The notes under the pieces are model-generated. The model saw only the letters and a program-made list of their open reading frames with translations. It did not search any database and was not told where the DNA came from. A stretch of 64,000 bases of DNA, taken from NCBI GenBank assembly GCA_964549075.1, contig CAZJUB010000004.1:1-64000 (forward strand), read 5' to 3'. Source of the DNA: an uncultured archaeon. Lineage in GTDB: Archaea > Asgardarchaeota > Heimdallarchaeia > Heimdallarchaeales > Heimdallarchaeaceae. This document shows, piece by piece, positions 39,001 through 47,974 of this stretch. The stretch's first letter is position 1, and each line of letters starts with the position of its first letter. The translations under genes and the position numbers were made by a program.

Positions 39001-40448
39001 CTTTTAATTATTTCTGGAATAATGAAACAGATAGACCAATAAACAAATCGACTTGGTTAATTTCCGATGTTCCAGATTATGGTTTAGTCAATTTAACAAT
39101 TGTTGCTAATGATGACTCTGGAGAAAGATTATTTCCAAATGAAAAAATTATTACATTTCACTTTACTAATAAAAAAGAAGGTGCTCTTATAATTCTAAAC
39201 TCCAATGATCAAGTAATATATGGAGATAATCTTAGAGTTCGAGTAGTTTTACAAGATGACCTATCAAATAATCAATCTATTATCAAAATTTCTGTGAACG
39301 GAACTTCTTTATCTTTCTCTTTAGAAACTGCAAGTATTTATTATTTTGACTATACTATACGAAAGTCTAAGGGTAATTATAACTTACAAATAATAGCTGA
39401 ATCAGATCTTTATTTTGGTAAAACAAATAATTCCTTAATCTATAATTTTGTCGTTCTTCCGCTTCCTCTCAATTTAACTATTGCTTCTTCAAGCTTAGAA
39501 GTAATAGCTGGTTCAGCAGTAGAATTAACAGGAACATTGACTTTCCTAAATGGAACCCCAGTTGAAGATATGGATTTAATTTTCAATTTTTACATTTATT
39601 ATAAGGATAATAGTTTTTTCACTATTACAGCAGCATTTACTGATTATGATAATATTACAACTCGTACTGGGCAAACAAATTCTTATGGTATTGCAACAGT
39701 AACTTTTACCCCAACAGAAGATTTGGACCATATTTCAGTAGATGTTTCCTTTGAAGGAAGTGATATATTAGGTAATATCTCTTTAGATTTTTCACAGTCA
39801 ATTGTGGTTATTAAAGCAGGTTTACAATCTTGGCTTTTATATACAATTATAGGTGGAAGTTTAGTTATTATAGCTATAGTATCTCTAATAATATACAGAG
39901 CAACTAGATCAACTCCTTTTGAAGATCTTCTAAGTAAAGTTACAGAAGAGGATGTGATGATAAAACTCCAAGAATTTTGTCCGGGTGTGATTCTTACTAT
40001 TTTTGATCAAAGGCAAGGTGCTATACCTATTCTAACTGATCATTCATTCGGATTTGACCATAGTGGAAGAATTGCTTTAGAGTCAGATAATTTCATACTG
40101 AAAGTATCTGACCAAGCCTTTTCAGCTCTGGGATTTGAAGAAACACTTCAAGGAAGAAGATTGGGTTCGTTAACACTTCCAAATGAATCTATGCTAGGTT
40201 TTCTCCAAGGTATTCAAATACAGAATAAAGAAGCTAGAGGAGGACTTGAAAATCTTGTTCTCGTAGTTTTAACTGATTTAGAATATGGTACAACATTATT
40301 AACCTACCAAGAGTATTTACATCCATTAATAGATGATTTACAAGCAATGCTTCAAGAGAAAAAACCTTTGAAGGAAATTGAAAGTCAGATGAGAGTAATT
40401 AGACTTCAAGCTGTAAAAGTAATTTTAGCTGGATACGAATTAGAATGA
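36090..40448 (+). CDS. Large single-pass surface protein: signal peptide, Ig-like beta repeats, TM helix, cytoplasmic longin/uDENN-like domain
   Basis: Repeated Y.WD / G.H.L / D..GN / D..AP units with many N-x-S/T sequons; TM WLLYTIIGGSLVIIAIVSLIIY; tail GVILTIFDQRQGAIP. Confidence 0.8.
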   Translation: MKLNFSTAIIISIVFTSFLLNPQLISLINKSNNQSTESSPETQTNNIPNYDDDVSTIKKIETPGHYALKAFFSQNNIINIGPEGDALEWVSYDDIRYSGWSSSYSTMDFRIDSSYTYNPDCWPNQVDTYTYMRDNGYPYPVSVMYSPVFEEETYIQGKVHFLTYLRTNFDYAYSLTITFRIRLMLFNTTDSTSSEIISIEDDLGYDDYTQAITYDYTLGSPVTIPAGFRLKVAYDAKLSTLSYSGNMFLYAGDRGYNTLHWNIYDGDYSAYYSISSTDEILGVQFDMYDTIYPNIITSGFSNNTIYQENKTISIDVSGAEDSSYTWDYGTPVSFGTYTTTDLPFTMGWHTLAVQALDEYENNKTMIYEIGYDGSIINIALQSPSNNSVVGKGEILDFEIFSIDYATYEWDNSGTQNNLTSPEYDIIAPAFDGIHNLTITTHDVFETKSFYYEFNFDGIAPAINLVDASVSNNSIQPAGKLIDINVTDPVGVAEVYYKWDSRDNFTWYAFDGSIYRTYLPESAGVHTLYVSAKDNYDNAISLVFRFTAQLNQILVELRNVNDNSYFQGNNVIEVTMLGINNTIKYKWDSGSELDGLLDAFYVNSTLILNGTNVLPYSPLGEHYLTIRTFDTSDMQHIYIFKFTLDREAPVILTDKLEYDGKRFLDTDTLQFSFSDNFASVSQLDVILSVDGITNHSLIYPYNFNLLSLSDGTYNLTIYVYDIADNFAIRSYLITIDNTAPEIEIINMEDIVYLQGQYYIPGDFNVSVLITDDDSQINSTYSWGGTEYNDFSNSFILSFIDGTSVLYINASDSLGNHEEISITLTIDSTAPISTLVFPFINSKINSNTTLDFVIEDISRATIETIYYTWDYIPAAIFFPLTFNSLGEATFDGYPESFYPANGTTAVLSVYVEDIVGNNHTYTYSFVVDNEGPNYNLQLYNEDTEQWEILKITETYLITNDSLIRIVAENTEDTFNYFWNNETDRPINKSTWLISDVPDYGLVNLTIVANDDSGERLFPNEKIITFHFTNKKEGALIILNSNDQVIYGDNLRVRVVLQDDLSNNQSIIKISVNGTSLSFSLETASIYYFDYTIRKSKGNYNLQIIAESDLYFGKTNNSLIYNFVVLPLPLNLTIASSSLEVIAGSAVELTGTLTFLNGTPVEDMDLIFNFYIYYKDNSFFTITAAFTDYDNITTRTGQTNSYGIATVTFTPTEDLDHISVDVSFEGSDILGNISLDFSQSIVVIKAGLQSWLLYTIIGGSLVIIAIVSLIIYRATRSTPFEDLLSKVTEEDVMIKLQEFCPGVILTIFDQRQGAIPILTDHSFGFDHSGRIALESDNFILKVSDQAFSALGFEETLQGRRLGSLTLPNESMLGFLQGIQIQNKEARGGLENLVLVVLTDLEYGTTLLTYQEYLHPLIDDLQAMLQEKKPLKEIESQMRVIRLQAVKVILAGYELE

Positions 40449-41672
40449 TTATATACTGTAGTCAAAAATTACCTTTATTGCTTTATTCTTTTTCTTATTA
40501 AATGCGGTTTTAAGTGCAGTTTTATAATCTTTTAAATCAAATCTGTGCGTTATTATCTCGGAGATTTTAGGATTAATTTTTTTCTCAAGTATAAATTCAC
40601 TCACTAATTGAAAAGTTGTTTTCTTTTTACCATTCCACTCTTCAGTACCATGAATACATGAACCAAGGAGGTCAACCTCTTGATACCAAATAGGAGAGTA
40701 ATCAAATTTTCCTTGTTTTAAATTAACACCTAAGACCATAACCTTACCTTTACCTTTAGTCCACCGTAATGAATTCTGAATAGTTCTAGCTTTACCTACA
40801 CAATCATATATCAGATTAAATCCACCAGCGAATGTTTTGTTACCAAAATAGCCTTTGTAGAGAACAGCATCGAGTTTTTGACCAAGATAATTATCCATTT
40901 CTTTATTTGAGATAACATGTGTTGCACCAAATTTCTTTGCCATATCAACTTGAAAATCATATTTAGCTAAAACTGTAACATCAGCATCAGGTAGTATTGC
41001 TTTAACACAGACTAAGGTACACAATCCTATAGTTCCAGCTCCAATTATTAAAATTTTATCATCTTCTTTTGGAGAAGCTCTGAGAACACCTCTTAAGGCA
41101 CATGAAAGTGGTTCGATTAATAGTGCTTCATCTGAAGTGATTTTTTCTGGTACGAAGAACAGCTGGTCTTTATGATATTTGAAACCAGTACTCCATCCTC
41201 CTGCAGCATCATATTCAGTGAACTCTGCAAATTTACCAGCTTGTTCACATAACCAGAAATCTCCTTCTTCGCATCTAGGACACATTTTATCTGCTTGATG
41301 AAGATAACAAGATGGACCTTTTTGTACTATCACTCTATCACCAATTGTTAAATTAGAAACATCTGAACCAACTTCTGTAATTTCAGCTACACATTCATGT
41401 CCCATCTGTCTAGGATCTGGAGAAGGAACAATAGTAGGAGATACATCTAAAGCAAAATCTAACGCTACTAAATGTAAATCTGAACCGCAAACTCCACCAC
41501 GTAAAGTTTTAGTCAATACTTCATCAGGTTTTTCTATTTCAAAATTGTAGTTTTTCTTAAATACTACAGACCCTAATCCGGAAAATACTACACTCTTCCA
41601 AACAGGTTGCAAAATTTGTGATATTAGAACTTTAGGTACAGATGGATCAAAATACACAATTTCAGTTTCCAT
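40449..41672 (-). CDS. Zinc-dependent (MDR family) alcohol dehydrogenase
   Basis: GVCGSDLH, GHE, C..C...C, EPLSCA, GAGTIG. Confidence 0.92.
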   Translation of the reverse strand: METEIVYFDPSVPKVLISQILQPVWKSVVFSGLGSVVFKKNYNFEIEKPDEVLTKTLRGGVCGSDLHLVALDFALDVSPTIVPSPDPRQMGHECVAEITEVGSDVSNLTIGDRVIVQKGPSCYLHQADKMCPRCEEGDFWLCEQAGKFAEFTEYDAAGGWSTGFKYHKDQLFFVPEKITSDEALLIEPLSCALRGVLRASPKEDDKILIIGAGTIGLCTLVCVKAILPDADVTVLAKYDFQVDMAKKFGATHVISNKEMDNYLGQKLDAVLYKGYFGNKTFAGGFNLIYDCVGKARTIQNSLRWTKGKGKVMVLGVNLKQGKFDYSPIWYQEVDLLGSCIHGTEEWNGKKKTTFQLVSEFILEKKINPKISEIITHRFDLKDYKTALKTAFNKKKNKAIKVIFDYSI

Positions 41673-41712
41673 ACTCTTTTAAAATTGAACTAGTTTTTAA
41701 TTTTAACCTATT

Positions 41713-42525
41713 TTAATCAATACTGTAGAAAATTTCTTTGTTCTTTTTTAAATAACCGAATCTCCAGAGCTTCTCAAGGACATCAACTAGATTATTGTAA
41801 AATTCTCTAATTTCTTCTGGTACTTTTAATGATATTTTTAGATTGTGTGTTGTTGCATAGTAATTAAAGTATTGATAATCAAAGAATTCTAACTCAGGTC
41901 TGAAGAATTCCCAATCAATTAATTTGATTTGTTTATTAATAATGAAGTTAGGTGGGACTAAATCGCCATGAACAAATGTTAAATTCTCTTTATACTGATC
42001 AAGAATTTCCTCTTGTTTTTCCACCGATAATACTAGTTCATTGATTAGATCTTTAGGATAAACAAGACTAGAACTTCTATAAATTGAAATAAGATTTCTA
42101 TAATATTCTATAACTTGTTCTCTCGATGGTCCTAGATAAAGTCTAGCTTCATCATGTAATGCAGTTAAAGTTTTAGAAATCTTTTTTGTAAGAGGTTTAG
42201 TAATTTCGATATTAATAAGTTCTATACCATCAACATATTCGTAAACTATCAAATCAGGTTTTTTCATCCATATTAGATGTGAAGAATATGAACCTCCAAA
42301 AAGCTTTAACGCTTTAATTTCTCTTTCCATCCTATCTTCAGATTTAAAAATACTATCGTCTGGAAAGTATTTACATACAGCTAGAGGTTCAGAATTGTTT
42401 CCTTTTATTACTTGATTATTATTAAAATAACCTTTATCGAGATTTACCCATTGAAATTCTGAATGAGATTCAAAGTACTGTAACAGCGCTTCTTCAATTT
42501 CATTCTTTACTTGTTCTGAAATCAA
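41713..42525 (-). CDS. Choline/aminoglycoside kinase-fold phosphotransferase; putative thiamine kinase
   Basis: HGDLVPPNF and LIDWEF motifs; start overlaps the stop of the thiamine ABC ATPase. Confidence 0.75.
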   Translation of the reverse strand: MISEQVKNEIEEALLQYFESHSEFQWVNLDKGYFNNNQVIKGNNSEPLAVCKYFPDDSIFKSEDRMEREIKALKLFGGSYSSHLIWMKKPDLIVYEYVDGIELINIEITKPLTKKISKTLTALHDEARLYLGPSREQVIEYYRNLISIYRSSSLVYPKDLINELVLSVEKQEEILDQYKENLTFVHGDLVPPNFIINKQIKLIDWEFFRPELEFFDYQYFNYYATTHNLKISLKVPEEIREFYNNLVDVLEKLWRFGYLKKNKEIFYSID

Positions 42526-43595
42526 ATTAGAACTACATCCTTAGGTGTTATAGCTAGTGTGATACTAGTATCGACATTTAATTCTTTATTGATTTGATCT
42601 CTTAAACAATCTACTTTAATATATTCTGAAAGTGTGTCTTTGATATCAACAATTAACCTAAATGTTTCATCATCTAACTCTACAACAGACTTAACTGTTC
42701 CTTGAAAAATAATTAAATCATCTTTATTCTTAGTTTTATCAGAATAAATTGAAAATGAAGATGGATTTATTTTAATCCCTGAGATTTTTGATTGAATTTT
42801 TCTATCCAGTTGAATTTTTCCTATTGGAACTGAAAGAATACTACCTTTTTTATCTTTTGTAATAAACTCTACAGGCCAAACATTATCTATACCCATGATT
42901 TTTGCTACAAGATAATTCAATGGTTTTTGGTCGATTTCCAATAATTTTCCTATCTGTTGAATTTTTCCATCATACATCACTGCTACTCTATCACTGATTA
43001 GACGAGCTTCATCACTACTGTGTGTAACATAGATAGTGGTTGTCTGTGTTTGTTTTTGAATACGTCTAATTGAAAGAGCTAAAGATTCTCTTCCAGAAGC
43101 ATCGATGCTTGACAAAGGTTCATCTAGAAGGAGCACTTCAGGTTCAATCGCCATCGCTCTAGCCAGAGCAACTCTCTGTTTTTGTCCGCCACTAATTTCT
43201 CGAGAAAATCTTGAAAATAATTCTCTTATTTGAGTAAGATTAGCAATCCACTCCAATTTTGATTCTACTTGTTCTTTACTAAGTTTTCTTGCTTCAAGAC
43301 CAAATTTTATATTATCTTCGACCGTCATATGCGGGAAGAGAACCTGGGCTTGAGGAACATAACCGATTTTCCTTTTTTGAGGAGGGAGATTTGTTATCTC
43401 TTCCTTATTAAAGTAAATATGTCCTGTTTCAGGTTCTATAATCCCTGCTATAATCTTTAATAATGTAGATTTTCCACAGCCAGATTCCCCCAAAATAACC
43501 AACAGTTCTCCGTTGTGAATATTAAGGTTTAGACCATCTAAAATATATTTCTTCTCATATTTCATGGACACTTCATTAATACTCACATTTACCAT
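42522..43595 (-). CDS. thiQ: Thiamine ABC transporter ATP-binding protein
   Basis: GESGCGKST, ISGGQKQRVALARA, LLLDEP, YVTH; operon context. Confidence 0.85.
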   Translation of the reverse strand: MVNVSINEVSMKYEKKYILDGLNLNIHNGELLVILGESGCGKSTLLKIIAGIIEPETGHIYFNKEEITNLPPQKRKIGYVPQAQVLFPHMTVEDNIKFGLEARKLSKEQVESKLEWIANLTQIRELFSRFSREISGGQKQRVALARAMAIEPEVLLLDEPLSSIDASGRESLALSIRRIQKQTQTTTIYVTHSSDEARLISDRVAVMYDGKIQQIGKLLEIDQKPLNYLVAKIMGIDNVWPVEFITKDKKGSILSVPIGKIQLDRKIQSKISGIKINPSSFSIYSDKTKNKDDLIIFQGTVKSVVELDDETFRLIVDIKDTLSEYIKVDCLRDQINKELNVDTSITLAITPKDVVLI

Positions 43596-43598
43596 TTT

Positions 43599-45347
43599 TT
43601 ACACCTTAAGTTCAATTTCTCCTAATTTATGAATTCCGTAGAAGCAAAGTAAAGTCACAACTATTAAAAGACTAGCCATTGCTAAAGGAATTTGCAATGT
43701 TTGCGTTGAGATTGAATCATATATTCCAATGGAGAGAGTCTTAAATTTGTCTCTTGCAAGAAAATATGTTGCTCCAAATTCCCCAAGGCTAATTGCAAAA
43801 GAAAACAAACCTCCAACAATTATTCCTCTATAAATCATCGGAAAGATTATTTTTCTGAAATTTCTAAATTTAGACGCTCCTAATGTGGAAGCTACATTTA
43901 GTAATTCGACATCTATTCTGTTGTATGCTGATAAAATAGTTCTAGTTGCAAAAGGAATACTAATTATTACATGAGATACTATTACAAAAAACCAAACAGC
44001 TGTATTAAAAAGATTGGAATTTCCATATTGCAGAAAAACTCCCGTTGCAAGGGTTATTGAAGAAGTAGCCATTGGTAGTATAATTAGATATGAAATCAAA
44101 TTATCGACTCTTGAAGATCTATATTTCTGAAGACTTTGGAATCTATTTCTAAGTATAAAAACAATAATCATAGAGAGAATCAATGTTACTAGCGTAGAAA
44201 TTGAAGCTAAAAAGAGAGTATTTCTTAAGAGAACAAGAGGATTAGCATGCAATACGCTAATTACTTTGTTAGAAAAAAATTCTTTGTATCCGAATAGGAT
44301 AGTATTTCCAGTTTTATCTGGAATAAAGGATCTTATTATCACCGCTAAAATAGGTAAAAACGTGAATAAGCCTATCAAGGTAATAAATAAAATTACCATT
44401 ATATTTCTTAATATAATTCTCCAATTCTGATTTCTGAATTTGAACTTGATTGTTTTAAAACTTGATTCCTTTCCCTCAGCTGAATGCCTAGATTTTCTAT
44501 CAAACATTATATATAAAATTATAACTAGACTGTTCAGAATCAGCTGTAGGAGAGCCAAGAAACTTGCTCCCGTGTAATTATTTGCTCCTTTAAATTCTTT
44601 GTAAATCTGAACTTCAATTGTATTGTATATCGGACTTGCTAATTTTAACACTATTGCAAAGCTGTTGAAAGTATACACAAATACTAACAGAGTAGCAGCA
44701 ACAATTGAATTCATTATCTGAGGTGCAATTATTTTTCGTAGAATTCGGAATTTGCTTGCTCCTAAAGTACTAGAGACTTCTACTTGATCATAATCCACAT
44801 TCTGCCAAGCAGGTATTGTCAATCTTATTATTACTGATAAATTATAAAATACATGAGCTAAGATTATGCCTTCTACGGTTCCAAAAATCGAAATAATTGG
44901 ATTTGTACTATTTGTAATTGATTCCCATATAGTGTTTACCCATCCTGAGTTTCCATATGTTACAAGAAAACCAGCTAAGACAACAATAGGAGGAAGAACG
45001 AACGGAATAGTTAATAAATTAACCAGTATTTCCTTACCTTTAAAATTATATTTAGCTAGAAAATATCCAGCTGGTAGTCCTATAAGTAAACATAATATTG
45101 AAGATATGAAAGCTTGTAAAAAAGTGAAACCTATAGCATACAGATTGACTTTATTGGTAATAGTTTCCTTTAAAATTAAGCCAAGTGGTTCTGTTCCAGA
45201 AGTGAAACTGTATTCAAAAATCCTGATGAGAGGAATATAAAAAAAAGCTAATAAAAAAGAGAGAAGAAGAATTACAGCTAAAGCCATTATCAATTTGCTA
45301 TATAGCTCATTCTTAGATTCTGCAATTCCTCTTAAATTTGCGAACAT
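43599..45347 (-). CDS. thiP: Thiamine ABC transporter permease (duplicated, ThiP/FbpB type)
   Basis: FTFLQAFIS, PFVLPPIVV, AHVFYN, two TLGAS EAA loops, SLGEFGAT. Confidence 0.88.
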   Translation of the reverse strand: MFANLRGIAESKNELYSKLIMALAVILLLSFLLAFFYIPLIRIFEYSFTSGTEPLGLILKETITNKVNLYAIGFTFLQAFISSILCLLIGLPAGYFLAKYNFKGKEILVNLLTIPFVLPPIVVLAGFLVTYGNSGWVNTIWESITNSTNPIISIFGTVEGIILAHVFYNLSVIIRLTIPAWQNVDYDQVEVSSTLGASKFRILRKIIAPQIMNSIVAATLLVFVYTFNSFAIVLKLASPIYNTIEVQIYKEFKGANNYTGASFLALLQLILNSLVIILYIMFDRKSRHSAEGKESSFKTIKFKFRNQNWRIILRNIMVILFITLIGLFTFLPILAVIIRSFIPDKTGNTILFGYKEFFSNKVISVLHANPLVLLRNTLFLASISTLVTLILSMIIVFILRNRFQSLQKYRSSRVDNLISYLIILPMATSSITLATGVFLQYGNSNLFNTAVWFFVIVSHVIISIPFATRTILSAYNRIDVELLNVASTLGASKFRNFRKIIFPMIYRGIIVGGLFSFAISLGEFGATYFLARDKFKTLSIGIYDSISTQTLQIPLAMASLLIVVTLLCFYGIHKLGEIELKV

Positions 45348-45359
45348 TTTCAGTCTCTT

Positions 45360-46610
45360 CTACAGCTTTTTTCTCTTTTTAATCATTACATAAACCATTG
45401 TACTTGTAAGTAAGGTAAACAGTAAGAGTACTGGAGAACCAAATGATGCAACTTCTGCTTCCCAATCATCTAACCAGTTATCTAAGTTATCTCGTATCAT
45501 CTCAGGAGTAAGGATGTCATTCAAAATCACATCAATGGAATCTGGATTAATAGAATTATTAGCAAAACAAGATGGGATTTCAGCTTGTATGTTTGCAGGG
45601 TACATCCAATTATTTAATGGTATATTGTCTTGTAATTCTTTATCTAAGAACCAGTCTATGAATTTCTTTGCTTCTGCAGTATGAGGTGCATCTTTAACTA
45701 GGCCTATTCCTTCTATTTGAAGCCAGGCGTTTGACATTATAACTGTCAATTGTGTTGGATTCTCATGTGATACAACAGCTGCAGAAGGAGGAGGATTTCC
45801 TTCTCCAACGCCATATTCTGGGTGACAAACATCATAAGCAGGACTGGTGCCATATGAAATCATTATTGGACGATTTTCTTCTGGAGTGTAATAGATACTA
45901 AAAGCATCACTCCAACTTGAAGTTATTCGCAAATCTTTCTTTGCATCACCCCACCAATCTCTCCAATCTTGTCCTAAGACTCCTTCAAAATTAATTTTTG
46001 GGTCACCATATATTGCTATGGTCCAAAGCAAAAATCCTAAGCCAGGAGAACTTAAAGTTGGATCTTCAACAACTAATTTTTTATCAAGATTATACTTGAG
46101 TATATCACCTAATTTAAGATATTCTAATTCTGGATTAGTAGTAAAATTGATACGATTTAAATCAAACCAGAGAGCTATTATACCATAATCATATGGTAAA
46201 AGATATTTCTCTGGATCGAGGTTGGTAATTAGATTTGAGGAAATGTTAACTAAGGATGGTGAGTTGTAAATCTCAAGTATCCCTTCATCTTTTGCTTTAT
46301 GTATCAATACATTATCTAAACCAATCAACACATCAGCTGTAGGAGAATCTTTTTCTAAAATCGCTTTAGAAAGTATTGTATTTGCATCTTCCATATACAC
46401 TACTTTTATTGAATCAGCTGATATACCACTATAAGTAGCATAAGCGGAGACAAAGTCATATCCAGGGTCTGCTAAAAGAGATTCATATGTATAGATTACA
46501 AGAGAGTAGTCTTCTGCATTAACCACTGTAGTTCCTTTAGTCTGGTGGACCGGAAGTAATAAAGAAGTGAATAATATAAGAATTATGAAAACTCTTTTCA
46601 TGATTATCAT
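45360..46610 (-). CDS. thiB: Thiamine ABC transporter substrate-binding protein
   Basis: YTYES, ADVLIGLDN, PYDYG, SSPGLGFL, SYGTSPAY, QIEG, NWMYP; C-terminal membrane anchor. Confidence 0.92.
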   Translation of the reverse strand: MIIMKRVFIILILFTSLLLPVHQTKGTTVVNAEDYSLVIYTYESLLADPGYDFVSAYATYSGISADSIKVVYMEDANTILSKAILEKDSPTADVLIGLDNVLIHKAKDEGILEIYNSPSLVNISSNLITNLDPEKYLLPYDYGIIALWFDLNRINFTTNPELEYLKLGDILKYNLDKKLVVEDPTLSSPGLGFLLWTIAIYGDPKINFEGVLGQDWRDWWGDAKKDLRITSSWSDAFSIYYTPEENRPIMISYGTSPAYDVCHPEYGVGEGNPPPSAAVVSHENPTQLTVIMSNAWLQIEGIGLVKDAPHTAEAKKFIDWFLDKELQDNIPLNNWMYPANIQAEIPSCFANNSINPDSIDVILNDILTPEMIRDNLDNWLDDWEAEVASFGSPVLLLFTLLTSTMVYVMIKKRKKL

Positions 46611-46650
46611 GTTTATCTAGAGATCAGAGATTTTAAATCTTAGCTTCACT

Positions 46651-46667
46651 ATATAGGTGACCTATAT
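46651..46667. promoter_or_regulatory. Inverted repeat ATATAGGT-G-ACCTATAT; candidate ThiR operator upstream of thiB
   Basis: Perfect 8-bp arms; a 13/17 match lies at 47602-47618 upstream of thiR. Confidence 0.55.
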
Positions 46668-46671
46668 TTTT

Positions 46672-47580
46672 TTATTTTAAAAGCATAACCAATCTCAATA
46701 GATCTTTTTGATCTATAGCAAATAGATATGCGATTGATTCAAATCCAGAACTTGCTTCATCTATTATAGCATTCACATTAACTAATTTATTTCCTTTCTC
46801 GAGTTCTTTTAAGACCTTATCAGTTGCTAAATCAAGATGCTTAGTTTCTATGAATTTGATGTTTTTTTCTTCAAACAATTTTTTGAGTTTATCTTTTGTT
46901 TTAATGCTTAAAATCCAATTAATATCTGGACGATTATTCTTAAACCAAAGAAGTAATGAAGATGAGGTTTTTGAAGAGCCAAACTCAGGGGGATGAACAT
47001 TCATGATTTGATCCTTTACCTTGATAATTCTGCCAGGAAAACTTGCCACATCATCTAATGCACTAGCTTCTGAATCACAACAAGCTAACTGTGATCCTAT
47101 CTCTGGAATCCATTGATGAAAGTTTTGATTTCTCTTTATTTCTTCAAATACTTCTTCTAAGGCACTCAAAATAGAAGTTCTTTTTTCTGAAGATGGAAGA
47201 TATTCTGTCCCATGGCAAATAGTACAAATTTTGATATGTGCAATTTCTTGCAGAATCTCTTTATGGATAGAGCAGATAGGGCCACTTACTCTCAAAGATT
47301 TGCATTTTAAACATATTGTCTTCATCACTTCATCTATACTCACTTTAGACACAATCATATCAGAGACAGAATTAGCTAGAGAATCTAGATGAAAATTTAT
47401 TCTTTCATCTCCTGTGTCTTCAATATTCTTTTGAAGATACGAAACAATAACCGGTTGTTTTACACCTAATATCTTAGCTATTTCATTTTGTGAAAAACCT
47501 TGATTTCTAAGATTATGAGTGACTCTTACTCTTAATCCAGGTAAGAATGACGAAGAAACAAATTCACAAGGAAACCTCAT
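46672..47580 (-). CDS. thiR: ThiR-type regulator: HTH plus ThiN-like ligand-binding domain
   Basis: MRFPCE, GFSQNEIAKILGVKQPVIVSYL, IPEIG, DVASFPGRI, PEFGSS; directly upstream of thiBPQ. Confidence 0.85.
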   Translation of the reverse strand: MRFPCEFVSSSFLPGLRVRVTHNLRNQGFSQNEIAKILGVKQPVIVSYLQKNIEDTGDERINFHLDSLANSVSDMIVSKVSIDEVMKTICLKCKSLRVSGPICSIHKEILQEIAHIKICTICHGTEYLPSSEKRTSILSALEEVFEEIKRNQNFHQWIPEIGSQLACCDSEASALDDVASFPGRIIKVKDQIMNVHPPEFGSSKTSSSLLLWFKNNRPDINWILSIKTKDKLKKLFEEKNIKFIETKHLDLATDKVLKELEKGNKLVNVNAIIDEASSGFESIAYLFAIDQKDLLRLVMLLK

Positions 47581-47601
47581 AAAACCATCAATATAAGCTC
47601 T

Positions 47602-47618
47602 ATATAGGGGGACTATTT
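47602..47618. promoter_or_regulatory. Degenerate copy of the candidate ThiR box upstream of thiR
   Basis: ATATAGGGGGACTATTT versus ATATAGGTGACCTATAT. Confidence 0.4.
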
Positions 47619-47642
47619 ATTCTTTTTAAGATTTGCTGAATC

Positions 47643-47837
47643 ATGTTAAAAAGAGGAAAGCATATAAAGAACTTCTGCACTCTTAGAGATAGAATGACAG
47701 TTTTAAGTGCTATTCTTGGATCAATTACTTTCTTACTAATTACTGTAGCTTTTACATTTATTACTTGGTGGTTATTTCGATATGCTCTAAGAGAAAAACC
47801 TGAAGAAGAAAATAATAATGTAAAAAATGTTACTTAA
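47643..47837 (+). CDS. Small single-TM protein
   Basis: One hydrophobic helix with a charged tail; likely start at internal MTVLSA. Confidence 0.5.
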   Translation: MLKRGKHIKNFCTLRDRMTVLSAILGSITFLLITVAFTFITWWLFRYALREKPEEENNNVKNVT

Positions 47838-47974
47838 GAACGGCTTATTTTCTTTCTATTACTCGTTTAATTTGATTTAATACTATTTAAGGAAATTTAA
47901 TAAAGGTGTCAGTAAAAATTAAATAGATTAAATAAGTTATAATAATGTAAACTAATTAAACTGGTTAGAGCAAA

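Noticed and set aside
46611-46671. TPP riboswitch upstream of thiB
   Set aside because: The spacer is ~60 bp and lacks the conserved CTGAGA core; ThiR explains the regulation
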